This document shows, in pieces, positions 11,025 to 25,872 of a stretch of DNA of 64,000 nt. Both the position numbers and the translations under genes were made by a program. The DNA is taken from positions 105,898,001 through 105,962,000 of the forward strand of contig NC_086108.1 of assembly GCF_963921235.1 (NCBI RefSeq), read 5' to 3'. The notes under the pieces were generated by a model. It was not told the DNA's origin and did not search any database. It saw nothing but the letters and a program-made list of their open reading frames with translations. The first letter of the stretch is position 1. Every line of letters begins with the position of its first letter. Source of the stretch: Mobula hypostoma. Lineage: Eukaryota.

Positions 11025-14000
11025 TCTGAGTCTACATATGTAGATTCGGAGGGAGGATAGGCAGGTGAAGGAGAAGAGACACACTCAGACCAATGGTTTG
11101 AGATGTGTCTATTTTAATGCAAGGAGTATTGTGAACAAAGCGGATGAGCTTAGAGCGTGGATCAGTACTTGGAGCTATGATGTGGTGGCCATTGCAGAAA
11201 CTTGGATGGCTCAGGGACAGGAATGGTTACTTCAAGTGCCGGGTTTTAGATGTTTCAGAAAGGACAGGGAGGGAGGCAAAAGAGGTGGGGCGTGGCACTG
11301 TTGATCAGAGATAGTGTCACAGCTGCAGAAAAGGTGGATGTAATGGAGGGATTATCTACGGAGTCTATGTGGTTGGAGGTTAGGAACAGGAAGGGGTCAA
11401 TAACTCTACTGGGTGTTTTTTATAGGCTGCCCAATAGTAACAGGGATATCGAGGAGCAGATAGGGAAACAGATCCTGGAAAGGTGTAATAATAACAGAGT
11501 TGTCGTGATGGGAGATTTTAATTTCCCAAATATCGGTGGTTCAGATGGGGTGCAGTTTGTTAGGTGTGTGCAGGAAGGATTCTTGACACAATATGTAGAC
11601 AAGCCTACAAGGTGAAAGACTGTACTTGATTTGGTACTGGGAAATTAACCTGGTCAGGTGTCAGATCTCTCAGTGGGAGACCATTTTGGAGATAGTGATC
11701 ATAATTCTATCTCCCTTACAATAGCATTGGAGAGAGATAGGAACAGACAAGTTAGAAAAGCATTTAATTGGAGTAGGGGGAATTATGAGGCTATCAGGCA
11801 GGAAATGGGAAGCTTAAATTGGGAACAGATGTTCTCAGGGAAAGGTACGGAAAAAAAAGCGGCAGATGTTCAGGTGATATTTGTGTGGAGTTCTGCATAG
11901 GTACGATCCAATGGGACAGGGAAGTTATAGTAGGGTACAGGAACCGTGGTGTACAAAGGCTGTAAAAAATCTAGTCAAGAAGGAAAACAGCTGCAGTAGA
12001 TCTAGTCAAGAAGAAAAGCTTACGTAAGATTCAGAGAGCTAGGTAATGTTAGAGATCCACAAGGTTATAAGACTAACAGGAAGGAGTTTAAAAAGGAAAT
12101 TAGGAGAGCCAGAAGGGGCCATGAGAAGGCCTTGGCGGGCAGGATTAAGGAAAAGCCCAAGGCATTCTACAAGTATGTGAAGAGCAAGAAGATAAGACGT
12201 GAAAGAATAGAACCTATCTAGTGTGACAGTGGGAAAGTGTGTATGGAACCCAAGAAAATAGCAGAGGTACTTAATGAATATCTTACTTCAGTATTCACTC
12301 TGGAAAAGGATCTTGGTGATTGTAGTGATGACTTACAGAAGACTGAAGAGCTTGAGCATGTAGATATTAAGAAAGTGGATGTGCTGGAGCTTTTGGAAAG
12401 CATCAAGTTGGTTAAGTCACCGGGACAAGATGAGATGTACCCCAGGCTACTGTGGGAGGTGAGGGAGGAGATTGCTGAGCCTCTGGCAATGATCTTTACA
12501 TCTTCAATGGGGATGGGAGAGGTTCCGGAGGATTGGAAGGTTGCGGATGTTGTTCCCTTATTCAAGAAAAGGAGTAGAGATAGCCCAGGAAATTATAGAC
12601 CAGTGAGTCTTACTTCAGTGGTTGGTAAGTTGATGGAGAAGATCTTAAGAGGCAGGATTTTTGAACATTTGGAGAGGTATAATATGATTAAGAATAGTCA
12701 GCATGGCTTTGTCAAGGGCAGGTTGTGCCATACGCGCCTAAATGAATTTTTTGAGGATGTGACTAAACACATTGATGAAGGAAGAGTAGTAGATGTAGTA
12801 TATATGGATTTCAGCAAGGCATTTGATAAGGTACCCTATGCAAGACTTACTGAGAAAGTAAGGAGGCATGGGATCCAAGGGGACATTGCTTTGTGGATTC
12901 AGAACTGGCTTGCCCACAGAAGGCAAAGAGTGGTTGTAGACAGGTCGTATTCTGCATGGAAGTTGTTGACCAGTGGTGTGCCTCAGGAATCTGTTCTGGG
13001 ACCCTTATTCTTTGTGATTTTTATAAATGACCTGGATAAGTCATGGAGGGATGCTTTAGTAAGTCTGCTATTGACACAAAGGTTGGAGGTGTTGTGGATA
13101 GTGTGGAGGGCTGTCAGAGGTTACAGCGGAACATTGCTAGGATGCAAAACTGGGCTGAGAAGTGGCAGATGGACTTCAACCCAGATAAGTGTGGAGTGGT
13201 TCATTTTGGTAGGTCAAATATGATGGCAAAATATAGTATTAATGGTAAGGCTCTTGGCAGTGTGGAGGATCAGAGGGATCTTGGGGTCTGAGTCTATAAG
13301 ACGCTCAAAGCAGCTGTGCAGGTTGACTCTGTGGTTAAAAAGGCATATGGTGTATTGACCTTCATCAATCGTGGAATTGAAGTTAGGAGCCGAGAGGTCG
13401 TTGTCGTGGCTATCCCTCGAGTTCGAGGATGATGGTCTTTGTTCTGTTGATCTACTTATGGGTTCTCAAGTGGCTTACGAGTCCAATCTTGGCTTTGAAT
13501 GTTCTTCCGCATTCAGGACAGGTAGTTCCAGATGGCAGATCAGGCTTTGGTTGTTGCTGCCTCTCTTTCCATTTTCGTCTCTTTTCTTCTAATTCTGCAC
13601 ATCTGTTGGCTTCGAAATTTGTTGTTCCTTCTCGGATGACGGCTTGCCAGAGTTTCCTGTCCTTGGGATTGGTTTCCCAATTGTTGATATCGATGTTACA
13701 TTTCTTCATGTTGGCTTTTAAGACGTTTTTGAATCTCTTCTGTTGTCCGCCTCTTTTACGTTTGCCTTCTTTAAGCCGAGAGTAGAAGATTTGTTTCAAC
13801 AGGCATTCGTCTTTCATCTGAACAACATGACCGCTCCATCTTAGTTGGTTCTTGATGACGTAGAATTCAATGCTTGTTGTTTTTGCTTCATTTAGCACAC
13901 TGACGTTGGTTCTTCTATCTTCCCAGCTGATATTTAAGATGTTTCGAAGACAGTGTTGATGGAACTTTTCAAGTGCCTTCAGATGTCGTCGGTATGTTGT

Positions 14001-14712
14001 CCAGGTTTCTGATGCATACAGGAGCGTTGGGATTACCACTACTTTGTACACTAACATTTTGGTGTCTGTTCAGATGTCACGATCATGAAAGACTCTTGTT
14101 CAGAGATGTCCAAAAGCTGTTCCAGTGCATTTAATACGATGTTGTAGCTATATAGGACCCTGGTCAGACTCCACTTGGAGTATTGTGCTCAGCTCTGGTC
14201 ACCTCACTACAGGAAGGATGTGGAAGCCATTGAAAGGATGCAGAGGAGATTTACAAGGATATTGCCTGGATTGGGGAGCATGCCTTTTGAAAACAGGTTG
14301 AGTGAACTCGGCCTTTTCTCCTTGGATCAACGGAGGATGAGAGGTGACCTGATAGATGATGAGAGGCATTGATTGTTGGGATAGTCAGAGGCTTCTTCCC
14401 AGGGCTGAAATTGCTGGCACAAGAGGCCACAGGTTTAAGGTGCTTGGGAGTTGGCACAGAGGAGCTGTCAGGGGTTAGTATTTTACGCAGAGAGTGGGGA
14501 GTGTGTGGAATGGGCTGCCGGCAATGGTGGTGGAGAGGCAGATATGACAGGGCCTTTTAAGAGACTTTTGGATAGTACATGGAGCTTAGAAAAATTGAGG
14601 GCTATGGGTAATACTGGTAATTTCTAAGGTAGGGATACGTACGGCACAACTTTGTGGGCCGAAGGGCCTGTATTGTGCTGTAGATTTTCTGTGTTTCTAT
14701 GGTTCTATGATC
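11025..14712 (+). mobile_element. CR1/L3 LINE ORF2 (EN+RT), frameshifted
   Basis: NARSIVNK, ETW, GDFNFP, NYRPVSLTS, YMDFSKAFDKV, GVPQ, LEYCAQLWSP motifs; TTCTATG-type tail. Confidence 0.9.
13397..14136 (-). mobile_element. 5'-truncated RTE LINE inserted in CR1
   Basis: ORF 14057-13452: LLYASETW, LRWSGHV, and a C2H2 finger CPECGRTFKAKIGLVSHLRTH. Confidence 0.85.
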
Positions 14713-15100
14713 TAAAAACAGTTACTTTCCCCAAGCAGTAAAGCTGATCAAAATCTCCACCCACTAATCCACCCATCAACACCCCCAACTACCACTACTT
14801 TATCATTTCCTGTCAGTCACCTTATGTACAGACACTCCTGTGTCTGGCATCCCTTCATGGACATACAATCTATGTACAGTACATAAACTATCTTTTGTAT
14901 TTATATTTATTGTGTTTTTCTATTATTAATATGTTCTTTGCCTTATTGTTTGTTTCATGCTGCATTGGCACTGGTGTAGCAATTATTTTGTTCTAATTTA
15001 CACTTGGCTTCTGGAATTGACATTAAACAATCTTGAATCTTATTCCATCGTAAATATAAATGGAACTGAAGCAAATTGTCAGACTCAACTGCTTTCTCAC

Positions 15101-15129
15101 CTTGGGAGTCAATGAAATATAAATTGGAA
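15101..15129 (-). CDS. Candidate host-gene micro-exon (xPIYISLTPK)
   Basis: Acceptor ttcttgcacatttacag and donor AAG|gtgaga, in non-repeat DNA. Confidence 0.45.
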
Positions 15130-15409
15130 CTGTAAATGTGCAAGAATAGGAGCAAAACATATTAAAGAAATACTTGAACGAAGATTGCCCATGACACAAT
15201 ACCAAAGCATTGGCAAAAAAAAGATCAATCATGGATAGAAATGTTTTTTATCTATCTGCCCCAACTTTGAATTTTTTGGTTGTAAAGATACCGGGGACTG
15301 TAGTCAAGCAAAAGGTCTTTCTTCAATATTCAGCCGAGCCAAGGGTGCGAATGGCCAATATATATAGGATCTTCTGGACAGCTTCAATGGAAAAAGTGAT
15401 AATTCTATG

Positions 15410-15654
15410 CATCTTCTATCCTCTTTCCCTTTCTCCAATGGTCCACTCTCCTCTCCTTGCAAATTCCTTCTTCTCTAGACCTTTACCTTTTTCCACCTTT
15501 AAACTCCCAGCTTCTCATTTTATCCTCCCTCCCCTGTCACCTGGCTTGTATGCTCAGCCTTCCCCACCTTCTTATTCTGCCTTCATCCCACCTATCTTCC
15601 AGGCCTGATGAAGGGTTTTGGTCTGAAACGTCAACTATTTATTCCCCTCCATAG
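15410..15654 (+). mobile_element. Penelope-like pLTR; continues at 27320-27356
   Basis: Hammerhead-type core ctgatga...gaaacgtc (15605-15632). The following gatgctg...gacctgctgagttcctccagc is found 11.7 kb downstream. Confidence 0.65.
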
Positions 15655-16409
15655 ACCATAAGACCAAAAGACATAGGAGCCGAATTAGGGTATTTGGCGC
15701 TTCACCATTCAATCATGGCTGATCCTTTTTCTCCCTCTCCTCAGCCTCGCTCCCCGGTCTTCTCCCCGTGACCTTTGATGCCATGTCCAATCAAGAACCT
15801 ATGAATCTTCGACTTAAATAGACCCAGCAACCTGTCCTCCACAGCTGCCTGTGGTATAAAAAAATTCACCACTCCCTGGATAATGAAATTTCTCCACATC
15901 TCATTTTGAAATGCATCCTGAGGCTGGCCGTCTTGTCCTAGACTCTGCCACCATCAGAAACATCCTATCCACATCTACTATGTCTAGGCCTTTCAACATT
16001 CAAAATGTTTGAATGAGATACACCCTAAGTTTTCTAAATTCCAGAGCGTACAGGCCCAGATCCATCAAACGTTCCTCTTGGGATAAGCCTTTCGTTCCGA
16101 GAATCATCCTTGTGAACCTCCTCTGAACCTTCTCCCATAACAGTACATCTTTTCTTAGATAAGGAGCCCAAAACTTCACAATACTCAAGGCGAGTCCTGC
16201 ACAAGGACTCCCTTTGCTTCTCAGATTTTTGGATTTTCTCCATATGTATAAAATAGTCTGCGCATTTATTGCTTCTACCAAAGTGCATGATCATGCATTT
16301 TCCAGCATTGTATTTTCCTTGCCATTTTCATGCCCATTCTCCTAATCTTCCCAAGTCCTTCTGCAGCCTTCCTATTTCCTCAACAATACCTGCCCCTCCA
16401 TCAATCTTC

Positions 16410-18098
16410 CAGAAATAGTAGGGGACAGAGGGTCTAGTGAGATGGAGGAACTGAGCGAAATACATGTTAGTAGGGAAGTGGTATTAGGTAAATTGAAGGG
16501 ATTGAAGGCAGATAAATCCCCAGGGCCAGATGGTCTGCATCCTAGAGTGCTTAAGGAAGTAGCCCAAGAAATAGTGGATGCATTAGTGATAATTTTTCAA
16601 AACTCGTTAGATTCTGGACTAGTTCCTGAGGATTGGAGGGTGGCTAATGTAACTCCACTTTTTAAAAAAGGAGGGAGAGAGAAACCGGGGAATTATAGAC
16701 CGGTTAGCCTAACGTTGGTGGTGGGGAAACTGCTGGAGTCAGTTATCAAGGATGTGATAACAGCACATTTGGAAAGCGGTGAAATCATCGGACAAAGTCA
16801 GCATGGATTTGTGAAAGGAAAATCATGTCTGACGAATCTCATAGAATTTTTTGAGGATGTAACTAGTAGAGTGGATAGGGGAGAACCAGTGGATGTGGTA
16901 TATTTGGATTTTCAAAAGGCTTTTGACAAGGTCCCACACAGGAGATTAGTGTGCAAACTTAAAGCACACAGTATTGGGGGTAAGGTGTTGGTGTGGGTGG
17001 AGAATTGGTTAGCAGACAGGAAGCAAAGAGTGGGAATAAACGGGACCTTTTCAGAATGGCAGGCGGTAACTAGTGGGGTACTGCAAGGCTCAGTGCTGGG
17101 ACCCCAGTTGTTTACAATATATATTAATGACTTGGATGAGGGAATTAAATGCAGCATCTCCAAGGTTGCGGATGACACGAAGCTGGGTGGCAGTGTTAGC
17201 TGTGAGGAGGATGCTAAGAGGATGCAGGGTGACTTGGATAGGTTGGGTGAGTGGGCAAATTCATGGCAGATGCAATTTAATGTGGATAAATGTGAAGTTA
17301 TCCACTTTGGTGGCAAAAATAGGAAAACAGAATACTATCTGAATGGTGGCCGATTAGGAAAAGGGGAGGTGCAATGAGACCTGGGTGTCATTATACACCA
17401 GTCATTGAAAGTGGGCATGCAGGTACAGCAGGTGGTGAAAAAGTTGAATGGTATGCTGGCATTTATAGCGAGAGGATTCGTGTACAGGAGCAGGGAGGTA
17501 CTACTGCAGTTGTACAAGGCCTTGGTGAGACCACACTTGGAGTATTGTGTGCAGTTTTGGTCCCCTAATCTGAGGAAAGACATCCTTGCCTTAGAGGGAG
17601 TACAAAGAAGGTTTACCAGATTGATTCCTGGGATGGCAGAACTTTCATATGAAGAAAGACTGGATGATCTGGGCTTGTACTCGTTGGAATTTAGAAGATT
17701 GAGGGGGGATCTGATTGAAACGTATAAAATCCTAAAGGGATTGGACAGGCTAGATGCAGGAAGATTGTTCCCGATGTTGGGGAAGTCCAGAACGAGGGGC
17801 CACAGTTTGAGGATAGAGGGGAAGCCTTTTAGGACCGAGATTAGGAAAAACTTCTTCACACAGAGAGTGGTGAATCTGTGGAATTCTCTGCCACAGGAAA
17901 CAGTTGAGGCCAGTTCATTGGCTATATTTAAGAGGGAGTTAGATATGGCCCTTGTGGCTACGGAGGTCAGGGGGTATGGAGGGAAGGCTGGGGCAGGGTT
18001 CTGAGTTGGATGATCAGCCATGATCATAATAAATGGCGGTGCAGGCTCAAAGGGCCGAATGGCCTACTCCTGCACCTATTTTCTATGTTTCTATGTTT
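16410..18098 (+). mobile_element. Young 5'-truncated CR1 (RT to 3' tail)
   Basis: ORFs 16442-17377 and 17405-18004 are in the same frame, separated by one TGA; tail ttctatgtttctatgtttc. Confidence 0.92.
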
Positions 18099-19671
18099 CA
18101 TATCATCTGCTAAATTAGCAACAAAGCCATCTATTCCCTCATCTAAATCAGTGATATACAACATAAAAAGAAGCAGCCCCAACTCTAACCTCTGTGGAAC
18201 ACCACTAGTCACTGGCAGCCAACCAGAAAAGGATCCTTTTATTCCCACTGGCTGTCTCCTACCAATCAGCCAATGCTCTAACTATGCTAGTAACTTTCCT
18301 ATAATACCATGGGCTCTTAACTTGGCAAGCAGCCTCATGTGTGGTACCTTGTCAAAGGCCTTCTGAAAATCTATTGCATCCCCTCTATTTTTCCTACTTA
18401 TAATCTCCTCAAAGAATTCCAACAGGTTTGTCAGGCAATATTTTCTCTTAATTAAACCATGCTGAATTTGTTCTGTCTTGCCCTGTGTCACCAAGTACTT
18501 CATAACTTCATCCTTAACAATTGACTTGAACATCTTCCCAACCACTGAGGTCAGGCTAACTGGTCTATAATTTACTTTTTGCTGCCTCCTTCCTTTCTTA
18601 AACAGTGGGATGACATTTGCAATTTTCCATTCCTCTGGAACCATACCAGCATCCATTACTAATGCCCTTATAATCTTGAACGCTACCTCTTTCAGAACCC
18701 TAGGGTGCCATTCATCTGGTCCAGCTGATGATGCACCTTTTGGTCTCTATGTTTCTTGAGCAGCTTCTCTGTTGTAATAGTAATTGCACTCACTTCTCTT
18801 CCCTCACACCCTTCAATGCCTGGCACAGTGAAGACTGATAAAAATACTCATTCAGTTCATCTGACCCTGTTAATATTTCTCTGGCCTCATTTTCTAGCAG
18901 TCCTATATTCACTCTCAACTCTCTTTTACTTTTTATATACTTGAAAAAGCTTTTTCTATCCACCTGGATATTGCTGGCTACCTTACTTTCATATTTTACC
19001 TTTTCCCTCCAAATGATTCCTTTAGTTGATTTCTGTAGGTTTTTAAAAGCTTCCCAATCCTCTCTCATTGGCAACTTATTTTTTGGTCTTTCTACTTTCC
19101 TTCTAATATTTATATCTGTGCACTTGTAATGCTACTGTGACACTGTAATTTCCTTTGGGATCAATAAAGTATCTATCTATCTATCTTCCTGCTAGTTTTC
19201 TCTTTGTGGTATACCCTCTCTTTTGCTTTACATTAGCTTTGACTTCCCTTGTCAGTCACAGCTGTATTATTTTGCCATTTGAATATCTCTTTGTTTCTGG
19301 AATATATCTATCCTGCACCATCTTCATTTTTCCCAGAAACTCAAGCCATTACTGCTCTGCAGTCATCCCTGCCAGCATCTCCTTTTATCTTACTTTGGCC
19401 AACTCAAGTCTCATACCACTGTAATTTCCTTTACTCTGAAATACCGATATGTCAGACATGACTTTCTCCCTGTCAAATTTCACATTGAACTCAATCATAT
19501 TGTGGTGACTGTCTTCTAAGTGTTCCTTTACCTTAAGTTCCCTAATCAACTCCAGTTCATTACATAACACCCAATCCAGTATAGCTGATCCTCTAGTAGG
19601 CTTAGTGACAACCTGCTCTAAAAAGCCACCTCCGAGGCATTCAACAAATTTACTCTCTTGAGACCCATACA

Positions 19672-20541
19672 CTTGTCATCTTCAGAAGTTTTCGGATGAC
19701 TCTGCCATAGTTGGATGCATCAGCAAAGGAGATGAGGTTGAGTGTACAGGGCTACGGTAGGAAACTTTGTCACATGGTGTAAGCAGAATTATCTGCAGCT
19801 TAATGTGAAAAAGACTAAGGAGCTGGTAGTAGACCTGAGGAGAGCTAAGGTACCAGTGACCTCTGTTTCCATCCAGGGGGTCAGTGTGGACACAGTGGAG
19901 GATTACAAATACCTGGGGATACGAATTGACAATAAACTGGACTGGTCAAGGAACACTGAGGCTGCCTACAAGAAGGGTCAGAGCCGTCTCTATTTCCTGA
20001 GGAGACTGAGGTCCTTTAACATCTGCTGGACAATGCTGAGGATGTTCTACGAGTCTGTGGTGGCCAGTGCGATCATGTTTGCTGTTGTGTGCTGGGGCAG
20101 CAGGCTGAGGGAAGCAGACACCAACAGAATCAACAAACTCATTCGTAAGGCCAGTGAAGTTGTGGGGATGGAACTGGACTCTCTCACGCTGGTGTCTGAA
20201 AAGAGGATGCTGTCTAAGTTGCATGCCATCTTGGACAATGTCTCCCATTCACTACATAATGGACTGGTTGGGCACAGGAGTACATTCAGCCAGAGACTCA
20301 TTCCACTGAGATGCAACACAGAGCGTCATAGGAAGTCATTCCTGCCTGTGGCCATCAAACTTTACAACTCCTCCCTTGGAGGGTCAGACACCCTGAGCCA
20401 ATAGGCTGGTCCTGGACTTATTTCATAATTTACTGGCATAATTTACATATTACTATTTAACTATTTATTATTTATGGTGCAACTGTAACGAAAACCAATT
20501 TCCCCCGGGATCAATAAAGTATGACTATGACTATGACTATG
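19672..20541 (+). mobile_element. 5'-truncated Rex1/Babar LINE
   Basis: QKFSDD; ORF 19742-20404 (LNVKKTKELVVDLRR, SRLYFLRRLRSF); AATAAA and a (TATGAC)n tail. Confidence 0.85.
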
Positions 20542-20939
20542 AACCTGATTTTACCAATCTACCTCCATGTTTGAATCTCCCATGAGTATTGTAACATTGC
20601 CCTTTTGACACAACTTTTCCATTTCCTGTTATAACCTGTGATCCACCTCCCAACCACTGTTGGGAGGCCTGTATATAACTGCCATCAGGGTCCTTTCATC
20701 CTTGCACTTTCTCAAGCCACAGGGATTCAACATCTTCCAATCCTGTGTCACATCTTTCTAATGATCTGATGCCATTACTTACCAGCACAGCCACGCCACT
20801 CCATCTGCCTTCCTTCCTTCCTTCCTTCCTTCCTATCTCACCGGTACAATTTGTGTAATCTTGGAATTCGGCTGCCAACTACAGCCACCTTTCAGCCATG
20901 ATTCACTGACAGCCACAATATCATACCCGACAATATATA

Positions 20940-23900
20940 AAAGAGAGGTAACACCTAGCGGGGCAGTCATCATCGGATAGGCCGTTGTCAGTGTAGTCTG
21001 AGTCAGACTAATAAGGCTTTGGTGAGAACAGGTGCAGGGAACATAAGTAGGTAAGTTCATTTCTTATTTCTTTTTCTTATTTAACTATTGAGCGAATAGG
21101 GGGTATGTCTACAGAGTCAATGTTTTGCTCTGGGTATCAGATGTGGGAGTTCCAGGAGGCTTCCAGCCTACCCACTGGCCACACCTAGACCAGGTGCATC
21201 GTGATGCAGCTCCTTAGAGACCGTGTTAGGGAATTGGAACGGCAGCTCAGCTTGTTAGAGAAAGTGAAGCAGTGATAGACAGGAGCTACAGGGAGATAGT
21301 CACCACAAAAGGCTACAGGGTGACTGTCAGGAGAGGGAAGGGAGAACGTCAGATAGTGGAGTGTACCCCTGTGACCGTACCCCTCAACAATAAGTACTCC
21401 ATTTTGAGTACTGTTGCTTGAGACGATCTACCTCGGGGAAGCAACTGTGGCCGTGCCTCCAGCACTGAGACTGGCCCAGAGTCTGAGTCAGAAGGGTAGG
21501 GAATTGAAGAGGATGGCAGCAGTAATAGGGACTCTATAGACAGAAGGGACAGATATCTGATTCTGAGGAAACAAAAAGGATACATGGATGGTAGTTTGCC
21601 GTCCAGATACCTGGCTCCTCAATGTCTCTGAATGTGTCCACAACATCCTGAAAAGGGAGAGTGAGCATCCAGTGGTTGAGGTACATATTGGTGTCAAACA
21701 CATAAAAGAATACAGGGAGTTACGAAGGAAGCAGGACCTCAAAAGTAATGATCTCAGGATTGCTTCCTGTGCCACATGACAGTAAGGATAGGAATAGAAT
21801 GAGATGGCAGATAAATGCATGGCTGAAGAATTGGAGCAGGGTCAGAGATTCAGATTTCTGGACAATTGGGACCTCTTCTCGGGTGGGTATGACCTGTACA
21901 AAAGGGATGGGTTGCACTGGAATCCGAGGGGGACCAATATTCTTGAGCCAGGGCTGTTGGGAGTGGTTTAAACTAATATGGCGGGGGGGGCGGGTTGTGT
22001 GGGTGGGTGGTGGCAAGCAGTATGATAGAGCTGAGGATCAGCCAGCAAGTTTAGATGTAGATGATAGAAGTGACAAGAATATAAGGAAGGACAGACCAAT
22101 GATTCAGTACAAATACAGACAGAGCAAAGAGTTAAATTGTATCACAGAGGCAAAATTCAAAAGGGTGAAGAATACAGGACTGAAAGTGCTGTATTTCAAT
22201 GTGTGTAGTATTTGGAATAAGGTGGATGAACCTGTGGCATAATTAGAGATTGGTTGGCGTGACATTGTGGGCACCACTGAGTCGTGGCTGAAAGAAGGCC
22301 AAAGTTGGGAGCTTAATATCAAAGGATATCCTTTGTATTGAAAGGACAGGCAGGAAGGCACAGGTGGTGGTGTGGCTCTGTTGGTAAGAGATAGAATTAC
22401 ATCTTTAGAAAGAGGTGACATATTGAATCTTTGTGGGTCAAGAAACCATTATGGGAATCATATATAGGCCTCCAAACAGTAGCCAAGATGTGGGGTTAAG
22501 ATTGCAAAAGGAGCTGGAAAAGGTATGCAATAAGGGTTATGACACAATTGTAATGGGGGACTTCAATATGCAAGAAGATTGGGAAATTCGGGTTAGTAAT
22601 GGATCGCAAGAGAGGTAATCTGTTGAGTGCCTATGAGATAGCTTTTTAGAACAGTTTGTTCTTGAGCCTGCTTGGGGAAAGGCTCTCTTAGATTGGGTGT
22701 AGTGTAATAACCCAGATCTTATTAGGAAGATTAAGGTAAAGGAACCCTTAGGAAATAGTGATCATATTATGATTGAATTCGTACATCAATTTGAGAGGGA
22801 GGAGCATAAGTCACATGTATCAGTATTGCAATGCAATAAAGGGAATTACAGAGGCATGAGAGAGGAGTTTACCAGGTAGATTGGAGGTGGCTACTCGTGG
22901 GGAAGATAGCGGAGAAGAGATGGCTGAAGTTCTTGGCAATCGTTCACAAGGTACAAGGTAGATATGTCCCACAGAGGAAGAAGTTCTCAAATGGTAGGGG
23001 TAGGCAACCATGGCTGACAGGGAAAGTTAAAGACTGCGTAACAGCAAGGAAAGGGCATAAGATGGCAAAAGTAAGTGGGAAGTTGGATGACTGGGAAGCC
23101 TATTAAAATCCAACAGAAGGAACTAAAAACGCCATAAGAAAGGAAAAGATGAAAAATGAGGGCAAACTAGCCAATAGTATAAAGCAGGATACCAAAAGTT
23201 TTTTCAGTTATGTAAAGAGTAAAAGGGAGGGAAGAGTTGATATTGGACCGTTGGAAAATGATGCTGGTGAGGTAGTAATGGGGGAGAAAGAAATGGCAAA
23301 TGAACTTATTAGGTGCCTTGCATCTGTCTTCACTGTGGAAAACTCTAGCAGTGTGCTAGAGGTCCATGAGTGTCAGGGAACAGGAGTGAATGCCATTGTT
23401 ATTATAATGGAAAAAATAGAACCATAGAATCATAGAACATTACAGCACAGAAACAGGCCTTTTGACCCTTCTTGGCTGTGTTGAACCATTTTTCTGCCTA
23501 GTCCCACTGACCTGCACACGGACCATATCCCTCCATACACCTCTCATCCACGTACCTGTCCAAGTTTTTCTTAAATGTTAAAAGTGAGCCCGCATTTACC
23601 ACTTCATCTGGCAGCTCATTCCATACTCCCACCACTCTCTGTGTGAAGAAGCACCCCCCCCCCACAATGTTCCCTTTAAACTTTTCCCCCTTCACTCTTA
23701 ACCTATGGTTTTTTTCTCCCCTAACCTCAGTGGAAAAAGCCTGCTTGCATTCACTCTATCTGTACCCATCATAATTTTATACACTTCTATCAAATCTCCT
23801 CTCATTCTTCTGTGCTCCAGGGAATAAAGTCCTAACCTATTCAACCTTTCTCTGTAACTCAGTTTCTCAAGTCCTGGCAACATCCTTGTAAACCTTCTCT

Positions 23901-25872
23901 GCACTCTTTCAACCTTATTAATATCCTTCCTGTAATTTGGTGACCGAAACTGTACACAAAACTCCAAATTTGGCCTCACCAATGCCTTATACAACCTCAC
24001 CATAACATTCCAGCTCTTGTACTCAATACTTTGATTTATAAAGGCCAATGTACCAAAAGCTCTCTTTATGACTCTATCTACCTGTGACGCCACTTTTAGG
24101 GAATTTTGTATCTGTATTCCCAGATCCCTCTGTTCTACTGCACTCCTCACTGCCCTACCATTTACCTTGTAAGTTCTACCTTGGTTTGTCCATCCAAAGT
24201 GCAATACCTCACACTTGTCTGTATTAAACTCCATCTGCCATTTTTCAGCCCATCTTTCCAGCTGGTCCAAATCTTGCTTGGCGAACTCAAAGGTGTTAAG
24301 GTGGATAAGTTACCTGGACCAGATGAAGTACATACCAGAGTCCTGACAGAGGTTGCTGAAGAGACAACCGATGCATTGGTCATGATCTTTCAAGAATCAC
24401 TTGATTCTGGCATGGTCCTGGAGGACTTGAAGATTACAAATGTCACTACACTCTTTAAAAAGTGAGGAAGGAAAAATATAGGAAATTATAGGCCAGCTAG
24501 CTTAACCTCAGTGGTTAGGAATGTGTTAGAGTCTACTATTAAGGATGAGATTTTGGGGTACTTGGAAACTAACGATAAAATAAGTCAAAATCAACATGGA
24601 TTTCTGTTGAGGAAAATCTTACCAAACAAATCTGTTAGAGTTCTTCGAGGAAGTAACAAGCAGGGTGGACAAAGGAGAGGCAGTGGATGTCGTTTACTTG
24701 GGTTTTCAGAAGGCATTTGATAAGATGCCACACATGAGGCTGCTTAACAAGATAAAATCTTATGGCATTACAGGAAAGACATTGGCTTGGCTGGAAGAAT
24801 GATTGACAGGCAAGAGGCAGTGAGTGGGAATAAAAGCGGCCTTTTCTGGTTGGCTGTCGGTGATTAGTGGTGTTCCTCAGTGGTCAGTATTGGGACTGAT
24901 GCTTTTCACGTTGTTTGTCAATGATTTGGATAATGGAATTGATGGCTTTGTGGAAAAGTTTGCAGATGATACGAAGATAGGTGGAGGGGTAGGTAGTGCT
25001 GAGGAAGCAATGCGATTGCAGCAAGATGGAGACAACTTCGAAGAAAGGGCAAAATTGGCAGATGGAATACAGTGTTGGGAAATGTATGATAATTCATTTT
25101 GGTAAAAGGAACAATAGTGTGGACTATTATATAACTGGAGTGAAGGTTCAAACATCAGAGGTGCAGAGGGACTTAGGAGTCCTCATGCAAGACTCCCAAA
25201 AGGTTAGTTTACCAGATGAGTTTGAAGTAAAGAAGGCAAGTGCAGTATTGACATTTATTTCAAGGGGATAGGCAAGGAAATAATGCTGATGACTTATAAG
25301 ACACTAGTCAGGCCATACTTGGAGTATTGTCAACAGTTTTGGGTGCCATATCTCCGAAAGGATGTGTTGCATTCGAGAGAGTCCAGAGGAGGTTCATGAT
25401 GCTGATTCTGGGAACGAAGGGGTTAACATATGAGGACATACGTTTGATATCTTTGGGCCAATGCTCACTGGAATTTAGGAAAGTGCGTGGGGATCACATT
25501 GAAGCCTACTGAATGTTGAGAGGACTAGATAAGGTGGATGTTGAGAAGATGTTTCCTGTGGTGGGGGTATCCAGAACTAAAGGACACATCCTCAAAATTG
25601 AGGGGCAACCCATTAGAACAGAGGTAAGGAGAAATTCTTTTAGTCAGATAGTAGTGAATCTGTGGAATGCTCTGCCACAGACTGTGGTGGACGCCAAGTC
25701 CACGTGTACACTTAAGGCAGAAGTTGATGGTTTCCTGATTGGTCAGGGCATCAAAGGATATGGTGAGAAGGCAGGTGTATAGGGTTGATTGGGATCCGGG
25801 ATCAGCCATGATGGAACAGTGGAGAAGACACAATGTGCTGAATGGCCTAATTCTGTGTCATGGTTTTATGGG
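20940..25872 (+). mobile_element. Full-length degenerate CR1 (5' UTR, ORF1 esterase, ORF2)
   Basis: VIGDS ORF1 remnant at ~21520; EN from ~22180; RT (FADD ~24960); 3' hairpin/tail region. Confidence 0.8.
23416..24272 (-). mobile_element. 5'-truncated CR1
   Basis: ORF 24270-23698 (WQMEFN, LVRPNLE); closely related to 58352-59020. Confidence 0.9.

Larger units (their letters stand above)
10430..15042 (+). mobile_element. Rex1/Babar LINE remnant (10430-10980 and 14713-15042) split by a CR1
   Basis: KFADD and LNANKTKEMVINFRR motifs; aatcttgaatctt tail. Confidence 0.65.

Noticed and set aside
16912..18027. Long antisense ORFs over CR1 and Gypsy (also 37-40 kb and 53.4-53.9 kb)
   Set aside because: These are shadows of retroelement coding frames with no independent motifs.
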